From Methylophilaceae bacterium (GTDB lineage: Bacteria; Pseudomonadota; Gammaproteobacteria; Burkholderiales; Methylophilaceae), in contig JABFRO010000003.1 in NCBI GenBank assembly GCA_013141125.1, positions 46,458 to 110,457 of the forward strand: a stretch of 64,000 nucleotides of DNA. Direction: 5' to 3'. Below the pieces are notes generated by a model, which was not told the origin of the DNA, did not search any database, and saw only the letters and a program-made list of their open reading frames with translations. Position numbers and translations under genes: made by a program. This document shows, one piece after another, positions 31,336 through 39,559 of this stretch; position 1 is the first letter of the stretch; every line of letters starts with the position of its first letter.

Positions 31336-32328
31336 CTACAACCCATCCAGCGGACTGCTCACCCCGCGTCCGCCCTTGTTCAGTACATGGGTATAAATCA
31401 TTGTTGTCGTCACGTCAGAGTGACCCAACAACTCCTGCACCGTGCGAATATCATAACCGGCCTGCAGCAAATGCGTGGCAAAACTATGGCGCAAGGTATG
31501 CGGACTGGTGGGCTTGGCGATGCCCGCAATTTGCGCCGCACGTTTAACATAGCGCTGCACCTGTTTCTCTTCCACATGATGGCGGCGCTTGGCTCCACTG
31601 CGCGGATCCACGGAATATTTGCTCGCGGCAAATATATATTGCCAACCCCATTCTTTCGGCGCGTTGGGATATTTTACCGCCAAGGCATCCGGCAGCCAGA
31701 CATCCACTTTGCCTGCCAGCAAATCCTCATCAAACCAGGCACGCCGCCGCGTGATTTGCTCACGCATGGCTTCAAGCAAACTTTCAGGCAACATGGTCAC
31801 GCGATCCTTGCCGCCCTTGCCGTCACGCACAATAATCTCGCGGCGCGACAAATCCACATCCTTCACCCGTAACCTGACGGCTTCCATCAAACGCATCCCG
31901 GTGCCATAAAGCAATTTGATCATCAAACCGATAGGCTCTGGCGCCTGATCTGTCCCACGCAACAACGCTTGCACTTCCAATGGTGTCAACACCACAGGCA
32001 AACGTTTGGGTTTTTTTGAGCGTTCAAAATTATTCAGCCAAGGCAAATCCAGCGCCAACACCTCGCGATACAGAAACAATATCGCGGACAAAGCCTGATT
32101 TTGAGTGGCGCTTGCCACCTGACGCGTGGTGGCCAGATAAGTCAAAAAAGCCTCCACTTCGTGCGCCCCCATCTCCAGCGGATGCCGCTTGTCATGGAAC
32201 AAAATATACTGTTTAATCCAGGACACATACACTTCTTCCGTGCTCAAACTATAATGCTTGAACCGAATTTTATCGCGTACCTGGTCAAGCAACTTGGGTG
32301 CTGGCGGCAATGTCGTATCTTCTTGCAT
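31336..32328 (-). CDS. intI: integron integrase IntI
   Basis: Tyrosine recombinase motifs TGMRLMEAVRLRV, HTLRHSFATHLL, MIYTHV. It also has the integron-specific extra segment (DVWLPDALAVKYPNAPKEWGWQYIFAASKYSVDPRSG). Confidence 0.92.
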   Translation of the reverse strand: MQEDTTLPPAPKLLDQVRDKIRFKHYSLSTEEVYVSWIKQYILFHDKRHPLEMGAHEVEAFLTYLATTRQVASATQNQALSAILFLYREVLALDLPWLNNFERSKKPKRLPVVLTPLEVQALLRGTDQAPEPIGLMIKLLYGTGMRLMEAVRLRVKDVDLSRREIIVRDGKGGKDRVTMLPESLLEAMREQITRRRAWFDEDLLAGKVDVWLPDALAVKYPNAPKEWGWQYIFAASKYSVDPRSGAKRRHHVEEKQVQRYVKRAAQIAGIAKPTSPHTLRHSFATHLLQAGYDIRTVQELLGHSDVTTTMIYTHVLNKGGRGVSSPLDGL

Positions 32329-32366
32329 AAAATGACTTAAAAGTTAATGGAATGTTAATTATGCTA

Positions 32367-32395
32367 TTGAATTTTAATAATACAAGTTATATTAT
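32367..32395 (+). promoter_or_regulatory. candidate cassette promoter (Pc-like)
   Basis: TTGAAT-17 nt-TATTAT pointing into the array. The context is AT-rich, so chance matches are likely. Confidence 0.35.
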
Positions 32396-32442
32396 ACGAC
32401 TTGGCCTAAGAATTATAGGACAAAAGATGTCGTATATATTAC

Positions 32443-32449
32443 GTTGGGC
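32443..32449 (+). other. attI recombination core
   Basis: GTTGGGC (GTTRRRY), 115 bp from the intI start and 6 nt before the first cassette ATG. Confidence 0.5.
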
Positions 32450-32454
32450 ATTCC

Positions 32455-33081
32455 ATGTCGCCATCCAATGAGTCTCTGCCCGTCAAGGGAAAAATCGGCA
32501 GCAAACTAAAGCAAATAGTTTTTGGCTGTCTTGCTATTACTGGCGTAGTAGCCGTGATCTGGCACGGCCTTTTCCCATTGCTTCATGGAAAGTCGAATGG
32601 ACATAAAGTCTACCTCTCTCCGAGCAACAAATACAAAGCCATCCTTTTCAATTGGAATGGTGGTGGAGGACTTTCTCCCTATTGTTATAACTCGATTTCC
32701 GTTGTTTCAACGACGGTAAGTGATGATGCCGCTGACAATGATCGATACAGCGTCTATTCCGGCGGTTGCCACGCGGTTGGAGACAGCGACTATGCTCCTA
32801 CAATTAAATGGCTATCCGGTGTCGAACTAGAAATTACTTACAATCTTACTCAGGCAGTGCATGGCATAGACCATGTGGTTTTAAAAGGTTCGGCTGACTC
32901 TGGTCAAGTTTTTGTTATCCACAAAAATATCATGCCCTATCAGCCCAACCCGCCGTTCAAGCGGGACGCGCTAAAGCGCGCCCCTCAATTTTACGTTGAG
33001 GCTGTAGAAAAACCCCCTCCTAATTTCACCCGATTCCGCCTTGGGAATGTACGCAACCCCATGTTTTATATGCAGTTATAG
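32455..33081 (+). CDS. cassette 1: hypothetical membrane-anchored protein; 3' end reads through its attC
   Basis: 208-aa ORF with one N-terminal TM helix (IVFGCLAITGVVAVIW). No motif recognised. Confidence 0.55.
   Translation: MSPSNESLPVKGKIGSKLKQIVFGCLAITGVVAVIWHGLFPLLHGKSNGHKVYLSPSNKYKAILFNWNGGGGLSPYCYNSISVVSTTVSDDAADNDRYSVYSGGCHAVGDSDYAPTIKWLSGVELEITYNLTQAVHGIDHVVLKGSADSGQVFVIHKNIMPYQPNPPFKRDALKRAPQFYVEAVEKPPPNFTRFRLGNVRNPMFYMQL
32943..33001 (+). repeat. attC (59-bp class) of cassette 1
   Basis: R'' GCCCAAC ... stem GCGGGACGCGC/GCGCGCCCCTC with unpaired bases ... R' GTTGAGG. Confidence 0.65.
33002..33049 (+). repeat. left half of a long attC-like repeat (family 2), split by an IS
   Basis: CTGTAGAAAAACCCC is complementary to GGGGTTTTTCTACAG at 34865-34879. 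It aligns with the intact copy at 37765-37873. Confidence 0.55.
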
Positions 33082-34812
33082 ATGATAACCGCTTGATTTC
33101 ATGCTATAATTCCGCCATTCCAATTCACTGGCGGGCAGGATTTCCCCATGGCACGTTTCAAACCCACCCACAAAGGCCTGAAACTCCTGGCCGTTGACTT
33201 TGACCAGCAAATCCTCCCCGGCACCTTTGAACATGCCTTGTGCCATCTCATCGATCACGAACTCGATCTTTCTGCTTTCCATGCGCGTTACCAGAACGAC
33301 GACGGTGGCGCTTCCGCCTATCACCCCGCCGCACTTCTCAAGATCATTTTGCTCGCCTACAGTCGCGGCCTCCTTTACAGCCGCAGGATAGAAGCCGCCT
33401 GCCGCGAGAACATAGTCTTTATCGCCGTCTCCGGTGACAGCCAACCCCACTTCAGCACCATTGCCGCCTTTGTGTCCGGCATGGGCGATGCCATCGCCTC
33501 CCTCTTTGCCCAAGTGCTGCTGGTGTGTGATCGTCAGGGCTTGATCGGGCGCGAGATGTTTGCCATTGACGGCGTTAAACTGCCCGCCAATGCCAGCAAG
33601 GCCAAATCCGGCACACGCGCCGATTATCAGCGGCAAATGGAGAGAATGGAGCAAGCCGCCAAGACCCTGCTGGAGAAACACCAACGCGCCGATGCCGCGC
33701 TCACGGAGGCAGCGATGGGGCAACGCGAGGCCAACAAGCTCGCGCGATTGCAAAAGGAGGCCACCCAACTGCGTGACTGGCTGCAAGCCAACACCCATGA
33801 CCGCAAGGGCAGCCGTGGCAGCGTCATCCTCTCCAACCGCACTGATAACGAATCCGCCAAAATGGCCACCGGCAAGGGCGTGGTGCAAGGCTATACCGGT
33901 GTCGCTACCGTGGATGAGAAAGCGCAGATCATTCTGGATGCAGAAGCCCACGGCACCGGCTCGGAACAAGCCTTGCTGCTCCCCGCGATAAAAGCCGTCG
34001 CCGCCTATATGACACCGGAAACGGTGATTACCGCCGATGCCGGATATTATTCGGAAAGCAATTGCCAGGCACTGGCCACCCAATCCATCGAAGCCTATAT
34101 CCCCGACCCGGATTACCGCAAGCGCGATGAGCGCTATGCCGACCAGGGGATTCATACGGCCAAACCGGATCCGTTGTGGAACAAGGCCAGGTCAGGGAAA
34201 GTCGCCACACACAAAAAGAAAGCCCGCTGTTTCAAGCCTGCCGACTTTGTATTGGCCGAGGATCATTCGCACTGCCTGTGTCCGGGCGGAAAACGACTGT
34301 ATGGCAATGGTTCCAATTGCACCATAGGCGGACGCATCGCCCTCAAATTCTCGGGAGCCAAACAGGATTGTGTGCCATGCGACAAACGTAACGAGTGCTT
34401 ACGCACCCCGGATAAAACACTGGTCCGGCAAGTGGCCTTTTTGCAGGGGAGGCGCGATTCAAGCCCCAGTGTGTTGGAACAAATGAAAGCCAGGATCGAC
34501 AGTGCGCGTGGAAAGGCAATGATTACACGCCGCTTTGCCACCGTGGAACCCGTGTTTGGCAACTTGCGCGGGAATAAACATCTGCACCGCTTTACGCTAC
34601 GTGGCAAAGATAAAGTGGATGGGCAATGGAAGCTGTATTGTTTGATGCATAACGTGGAGAAACTGGCGCATCATGGTTATGCCAGCTAAGGCGGGGATGA
34701 GGAAGGTAACCATGCGTGTGCAGAAGTGCCCATAGGCTGAACTAACACGGTGAACCGGGCAAAAAAAACGGCGGGAATGAATGAACATCGAAAAAGGGGC
34801 TGGGGATGCATG
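33050..34812 (+). mobile_element. IS1182-family-like insertion sequence (ends approximate, +/- 30 bp)
   Basis: A single 513-aa DDE transposase gene flanked by the two halves of an attC-like repeat. Possible short IR GCAACCCCA / TGGGGATGC. Confidence 0.55.
33148..34689 (+). CDS. IS1182/IS5-like DDE transposase
   Basis: N-terminus LPGTFEHALCHLIDHELDLS...GGASAYHPAALLKIILLAYSRGLLYSRRIE. C-terminus VEPVFGNLRGNKHLHRFTLRGKDKV...LMHNVEKL. Confidence 0.85.
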   Translation: MARFKPTHKGLKLLAVDFDQQILPGTFEHALCHLIDHELDLSAFHARYQNDDGGASAYHPAALLKIILLAYSRGLLYSRRIEAACRENIVFIAVSGDSQPHFSTIAAFVSGMGDAIASLFAQVLLVCDRQGLIGREMFAIDGVKLPANASKAKSGTRADYQRQMERMEQAAKTLLEKHQRADAALTEAAMGQREANKLARLQKEATQLRDWLQANTHDRKGSRGSVILSNRTDNESAKMATGKGVVQGYTGVATVDEKAQIILDAEAHGTGSEQALLLPAIKAVAAYMTPETVITADAGYYSESNCQALATQSIEAYIPDPDYRKRDERYADQGIHTAKPDPLWNKARSGKVATHKKKARCFKPADFVLAEDHSHCLCPGGKRLYGNGSNCTIGGRIALKFSGAKQDCVPCDKRNECLRTPDKTLVRQVAFLQGRRDSSPSVLEQMKARIDSARGKAMITRRFATVEPVFGNLRGNKHLHRFTLRGKDKVDGQWKLYCLMHNVEKLAHHGYAS

Positions 34813-34889
34813 GAAATGCGCATTTTAAAAAATTCTCTACGGAATAAACGGGTGGTTTAGAATGGGGTTTTTCTACAGCGTCGTTGGGC
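34813..34889 (+). repeat. right half of the IS-split attC-like repeat (family 2)
   Basis: GGAATAAACGGGTGGTTTAGAATGGGGTTTTTCTACAGCGTCGTTGGGC ending in R' GTTGGGC. Confidence 0.6.
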
Positions 34890-34921
34890 AACTCAAACCA
34901 CAACTCATACCAGGGAATGCA

Positions 34922-36058
34922 ATGTTTGAACGCACCTTTTTCCATATAGACGAATTTGGCAGCGCTGGTATGGCGTACCTGCCCTCAATTCTTACTTTAA
35001 ATAGATCAACTGTGCTTTGGTCTCCAGCTCCAATGTTGCTTGACCATAGCCATAATCAAGGAAGCAGTATTATTGGAACTGAGGAACTGCTCAAGCTGCT
35101 GCGGAAGCGTATTGTTCGGATTATCGGTAGGCGAAATTGGTTTGATCGATCATGGCGAAATCGAGCGGGTGCTTGGGAATTTGCCAAGTGGCAGGACGAT
35201 TTCGACAATGAGGTCTGCGCTATGGCGAACGAGGATGCTAACGAACCTCTTTCTAACAGGCGCGTCATTATCGCGCCAGATGAGCAAGGTTTCGAGCGAG
35301 CGGAGTTGCTGTTAAAGCAAGACCCTGTCCTTGTTGAAAAACTCACTTCCTTGCTGTCACATCGACAGTTACCCCAAGGCATATTGGAAAAGGCAGAAAG
35401 AGCAAAGCGCCAAGGTAGGGGTGTGGAAGTTCAAATACTCAGAGATGCGTTCAATCACCAACAAGCGATTATTGACGCAGATGCGCGTTCTGCAACCGTC
35501 CCAGACACTTTCATGAACACGCTCGTCGCACTGATTAAAGGCTTGGAGCCAACCACTGCAACCGACAATCTGCTTCCGGCGGACGAATCGTGCTTGCGCG
35601 ATGCTCTTGATCTACTTAGGGCAGTTCGCGCACCCACATCATTTGAATCGCTGGAAGCATTCCTTTCTTCGGGCGCACGTGATGATCTCGTTTCACTGCT
35701 TTGCTCTAACCGTGCAGCAGGATCACTTCCAGACTCCATCATCTGGCAAATCGAGCAAGCCACGAAAATTCGCCCTGTTCTTGATCGCCTCTTCCCTTCC
35801 CGTGATCCTGTTGGGTATTCGAGTTCACTGGCCACATTCGTTTCGACGCTTGCGTCACTCATATCTTCGGGCGCCTCCGTCGGACTCATCACGATCCCGT
35901 TTCAGGTCTGTAAAGGATGGCTTCAAGAACGTAGTCTTGTTCCTCTGGAAGTGGACAAGAAATATAAAGTGAAGCCACTGTTTCAGTTAGCTATCGGCAC
36001 AGACCGACCTAAAAAAGACGAGGTTGAGGCACTACTAATAGCTCTTCGTCATGCATAG
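34922..36058 (+). CDS. cassette-borne hypothetical protein (378 aa), no recognisable motif
   Basis: Long uninterrupted ORF. The internal ATG is chosen because the ORF-track start at 34862 lies inside the attC-like repeat. Confidence 0.7.
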   Translation: MFERTFFHIDEFGSAGMAYLPSILTLNRSTVLWSPAPMLLDHSHNQGSSIIGTEELLKLLRKRIVRIIGRRNWFDRSWRNRAGAWEFAKWQDDFDNEVCAMANEDANEPLSNRRVIIAPDEQGFERAELLLKQDPVLVEKLTSLLSHRQLPQGILEKAERAKRQGRGVEVQILRDAFNHQQAIIDADARSATVPDTFMNTLVALIKGLEPTTATDNLLPADESCLRDALDLLRAVRAPTSFESLEAFLSSGARDDLVSLLCSNRAAGSLPDSIIWQIEQATKIRPVLDRLFPSRDPVGYSSSLATFVSTLASLISSGASVGLITIPFQVCKGWLQERSLVPLEVDKKYKVKPLFQLAIGTDRPKKDEVEALLIALRHA

Positions 36059-36102
36059 CGCGTCAAAATCTCTGTTGCACCGTACACGCGCATGAGTTGC
36101 CC

Positions 36103-36118
36103 AAACAATAGGGGACAG
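36103..36118 (+). repeat. copy 1 of the direct repeat AATAGGGGACAG
   Basis: aacAATAGGGGACAGc, immediately 3' of the IS110 fragment. Confidence 0.6.
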
Positions 36119-36153
36119 CAACTGTCTTGAAATAAATTGTTTTTGACCGGTTT

Positions 36154-36666
<513 letters not shown>

Positions 36667-36688
36667 TTAATGATATACTTCAGCTCGC

Positions 36689-36770
36689 GTAGGTTGGGCA
36701 GAATGCAATGAAGCCCAACAATAAACAATTCCTTGAATGTTGGGCTTCGCTACCGCTCTGCCCAACCTAC
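36689..36770. repeat. nested REP-like palindrome carrying integron-core-like GTTGGGC/GCCCAAC motifs
   Basis: Outer arms GTAGGTTGGGCAG / CTGCCCAACCTAC; inner arms GAAGCCCAACA / TGTTGGGCTTC. Confidence 0.75.
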
Positions 36771-36971
36771 CGCGTTAAATGACGCCTGCGTATTTCATAA
36801 ATTATATCCATGTAAAACACTCCAGATACCCCCAGCTAAAACACTGGATGGTGACATACTGAGGTGGAAACTATTGGACGCCGATTAACATACATTCACC
36901 GTCGCGGTGTTGTCACCTTACCTGAACTGCCAGACAAGTTAATTGTCGTTAGACCAGACTAGATAATTGTC

Positions 36972-37128
36972 GCTTAATAGTAGAAAAACCTAAATTTCAA
37001 AAAATCAGTTTTAAATTTGTAAAACCTGGTCTCTAATATCGCTTTGCAAGCGACGATCATCATGCTGGGAGGAGTTAAGTGACACTTGTTAAAATAATTT
37101 TTTGGGTTTTTCTACAGCGTCGTTAGCC
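36972..37128 (+). repeat. long attC-like repeat, family 1 (ORF-less unit)
   Basis: About 90 percent identical by eye to 38397-38558. Ends GGTTTTTCTACAGCGTCGTTAGCC. The left core is degenerate (GCTTAAT). Confidence 0.6.
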
Positions 37129-37139
37129 ATCAATAAAAT

Positions 37140-37168
37140 TTGCATATCGTAAACAAATTGTTTATAAT
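37140..37168 (+). promoter_or_regulatory. sigma70-like promoter of the higBA cassette
   Basis: TTGCAT-17 nt-TATAAT. The -10 ends 6 nt before the higB ATG and there is no Shine-Dalgarno sequence. Confidence 0.55.
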
Positions 37169-37174
37169 TGGCGC

Positions 37175-37456
37175 ATGATTCAAACATTCGCCAACCCTGA
37201 AACCGAAAGCTTTTTCGTTACAGGTAAATCGCGTCGTTTACCTTCGGAAATTCTCAAGCGTGCAGCCATGCGTCTCAATCAGTTGCATGCCGCTACAGAG
37301 TTGAATGATCTACGTTTGCCACCCTCTAATAATTTAGAGGCTCTTTCGGGTAGCCGCGTTGGTCAATGGAGCATACGCATAAACCAACAGTGGCGTGTCT
37401 GTTTCAAGTTTGAAAATGGTGACGCATTTGATGTGGAAATAGTGGATTACCACTAG
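37175..37456 (+). CDS. higB: HigB-like (killer protein) toxin
   Basis: 93 aa; ...GQWSIRINQQWRVCFKFENGDAFDVEIVDYH C-terminus typical of the HigB family. Confidence 0.9.
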   Translation: MIQTFANPETESFFVTGKSRRLPSEILKRAAMRLNQLHAATELNDLRLPPSNNLEALSGSRVGQWSIRINQQWRVCFKFENGDAFDVEIVDYH

Positions 37457-37466
37457 GAGTAATAAC

Positions 37467-37763
37467 ATGATCTACAATAGTTCAACGCCCCTCCATCCTG
37501 GCGAATACCTCGCCGAAATCCTTGAAGAGCTTCATATCTCCCAAGCGCTGTTCGCTCGTACCATTGGTGTGTCGCCTATGCGCATTTCCCATATTATTAA
37601 AGGCAAGCGCCCTGTTACGGCTGAACTGGCATTGCTGTTTGCAAAAGCTTTTGAGCAAACTCCACAGTATTGGCTCAATTTGCAAGCCAGCTATGATCTA
37701 AAAACTGCTGAGAAAAGCATCGCCAGTCGTCTCTTCTCCATTCATAGCTTGGCTCATGCTTAA
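37467..37763 (+). CDS. higA: HigA-family HTH antitoxin
   Basis: HPGEYLAEILEELHISQALFARTIGVSPMRISHIIKGKRPVTAELALLF...WLNLQASYDL. Confidence 0.9.
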   Translation: MIYNSSTPLHPGEYLAEILEELHISQALFARTIGVSPMRISHIIKGKRPVTAELALLFAKAFEQTPQYWLNLQASYDLKTAEKSIASRLFSIHSLAHA

Positions 37764-37764
37764 T

Positions 37765-37873
37765 GACTAACCCCTCATTCCACCGGATTGGCCGAAAAGT
37801 GCGGCTAGCCGGTGAATTCGCTGTGGAATAAACAGGAGGTTTAGAATGGGGTTTTTCTACAGCGTCGTTAGGA
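37765..37873 (+). repeat. attC-like repeat, family 2 (intact copy)
   Basis: GACTAAC...ATTCCAC/GTGGAAT stem...GGGGTTTTTCTACAGCGTCGTTAGGA. Confidence 0.6.
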
Positions 37874-37888
37874 CACCTCATTCAACTT

Positions 37889-37917
37889 TTGATTTTAGTG
37901 CAATAAAGGTATATTTT
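37889..37917 (+). promoter_or_regulatory. candidate promoter of the brnTA cassette
   Basis: TTGATT-17 nt-TATTTT. The -10 ends 7 nt before the brnT ATG and there is no Shine-Dalgarno sequence. Confidence 0.4.
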
Positions 37918-37924
37918 ATATACC

Positions 37925-38197
37925 ATGATTGCATTTGAATTTGACGAAACTAAAAGTCAGGCTAATCTTTTGAAGCATGGCATCAACTTCGTTGATGCAC
38001 AACAGCTTTGGAATGATCCAATGTTATTGGAAATTCCTGCTAAAACTGAAGATGAGCCAAGATTTCTCATGATAGGCCTGATTAACACCAAGCATTGGTC
38101 GGCGGTTATCACTTACAGAGGCGCAGATATTCGACTTATTTCTGTTCGTCGCTCACGCACCGAGGAGGTAGCATTATATGAAAGCTATAAACTTTGA
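37925..38197 (+). CDS. brnT: BrnT-family (DUF497) toxin
   Basis: FEFDETKSQANLLKHGINFVDAQQLWND...IRLISVRRSRTEE. Confidence 0.85.
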   Translation: MIAFEFDETKSQANLLKHGINFVDAQQLWNDPMLLEIPAKTEDEPRFLMIGLINTKHWSAVITYRGADIRLISVRRSRTEEVALYESYKL

Positions 38198-38402
38198 AAA
38201 ACAATTTGACGAGGATGTTGATATTACGTCTTCACTAGACATTTCAAAAGCAAAGCGCGTTTTGCAAGCGCAGAAACGCGTGAATGTTGATTTTCCAACC
38301 TGGATGATTGAATCTCTAGACCGTGAGGCTGGAAAGCTTGGCGTGACTCGACAGTCGGTCATTAAGGTGTGGCTTGCTGAGCGTCTTGAAAAAGTTGCCT
38401 AA
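38178..38402 (+). CDS. brnA: BrnA/CopG-type antitoxin
   Basis: Overlaps brnT by 20 nt. C-terminal RHH-like VDFPTWMIESLDREAGKLGVTRQSVIKVWL. Confidence 0.75.
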   Translation: MKAINFEKQFDEDVDITSSLDISKAKRVLQAQKRVNVDFPTWMIESLDREAGKLGVTRQSVIKVWLAERLEKVA

Positions 38403-38558
38403 CGACACTGTAGAAAAACCTAGATTTCAAAAAATCAGTTTTAAATTTGTAAAACTTGGTCTCTAATATAGATTTTTAAGCGACGATCATCATGCTGGGA
38501 GGGGTTAAGTGACGCTTGTAAAAAATAATTTTTTTGGTTTTTCTACAACCTCGTTAGG
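38397..38558 (+). repeat. long attC-like repeat, family 1
   Basis: R'' GCCTAAC (contains the brnA stop) + GACACTGTAGAAAAACC ... GGTTTTTCTACAACCTC + R' GTTAGGC. Confidence 0.7.
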
Positions 38559-38596
38559 CATCAAAAACACTCCCCCCTTTTTTCAGGAGATTTAGC

Positions 38597-39067
38597 GTGA
38601 TCGAAACTTTCGTTTCCAGACCCACATGGGCTCCACCTGAAATAGAGCAAAAGCTGAGCGGTTTCTATCAATTGCTCGAAGACACAGGATTCAAAGCAAA
38701 TACTATCGGAACGAGTCAAGCACCGCTCAGATCTCCATTTGAAGATGTGAAGCGACTGATTAAGAAGTGTAAGTGCACAATCGTTCTGGGGCTTCCGCAA
38801 GTTTTCATTGCAACGGGCTCGTTGAAAACTACTCCGATCACATCGCCGGTGGCATTCGCGACTGAATGGAATCAAATTGAGGCCACTATGTCGCTGATGC
38901 TTGATTTGCCAACGCTTGTACTATTGCACGACTCTGTGGCGGCAAGAGGAATATTCGACCGCGGCGCTGCAAATGTATTTGTATACGGCTTCAATGTGCT
39001 CGAAGAATCTTGGCTCTCATCACTACGCCCAGCACTGAATTCGCTTAAAGAAGCCATTGATGCCTAA
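38597..39067 (+). CDS. cassette-borne hypothetical protein (156 aa)
   Basis: GTG start 7 nt after AGGAG. Alternating strand/helix pattern. The stop lies inside the attC R''. Confidence 0.65.
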   Translation: MIETFVSRPTWAPPEIEQKLSGFYQLLEDTGFKANTIGTSQAPLRSPFEDVKRLIKKCKCTIVLGLPQVFIATGSLKTTPITSPVAFATEWNQIEATMSLMLDLPTLVLLHDSVAARGIFDRGAANVFVYGFNVLEESWLSSLRPALNSLKEAIDA

Positions 39068-39124
39068 CGAATAAGGTTAGATCGCGATCGCGAAGCGAGC
39101 CGCGATCTGAACCGTTTGTTGGAC
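39062..39124 (+). repeat. attC (about 60-bp class), last recognisable site of the array
   Basis: R'' GCCTAAC; GGTTAGATCGCG / CGCGATCTGAACC stem with one extrahelical base; R' GTTGGAC. Confidence 0.7.
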
Positions 39125-39446
39125 AAGCCCGGCCAAGGCCTACAAACGCTAGGCAAATAGCTCCTCAATCCGGCCTTGCATTAAAGGGCTGAGATGCCCA
39201 GGATATTTTAAAAAGCCACCTTCAATTTCAGTGCCGGAAGTGGCTGTTTTACCCGATTTCAGCCGTTTTTAGAGTGAGTTGAGCCGCACCTGCTGATGGC
39301 GGCAGGTTGGCGGGCGTGCTGGTTTACAGGGCAGTCTCCCTGATTGGCACCTGGCAGCGTGATGTATTCATCTCACATCTCAACCGCGTGCGCACTATCC
39401 GCATTGGCTTGCCGCTGCTCGTAGCCCGGAAGCCGCCCAATATCAG

Positions 39447-39559
39447 TAGGGCGGGATGAGCGTAGCGTTTCCGCCGTATGGTTTGGTTTGTCTATGGCCA
39501 GCCGTAGATAAGACCCAGCCAGCTCATGCGCCGGATAACGCTACGCTCATCCCGCCTAC
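39447..39559. repeat. REP pair / long inverted repeat
   Basis: GTAGGGCGGGATGAGCGTAGCGTT ... AACGCTACGCTCATCCCGCCTAC separated by about 55 bp. Confidence 0.75.

Noticed and set aside
31276-31872. 198-aa plus-strand ORF
   Set aside because: It is antisense to the intact intI gene and has no recognisable motif.
33076-34155. 359-aa minus-strand ORF
   Set aside because: It lies entirely antisense to the well-supported IS transposase gene. The Gly/Ala-rich, low-complexity translation is typical of shadow ORFs in GC-rich coding DNA.
36795-36835. Minus-strand mini-ORF MDIIYEIRRRHL resembling the start of IS21-type IstA transposases
   Set aside because: It has only 12 codons before a stop and a REP, which is too short to support any call.
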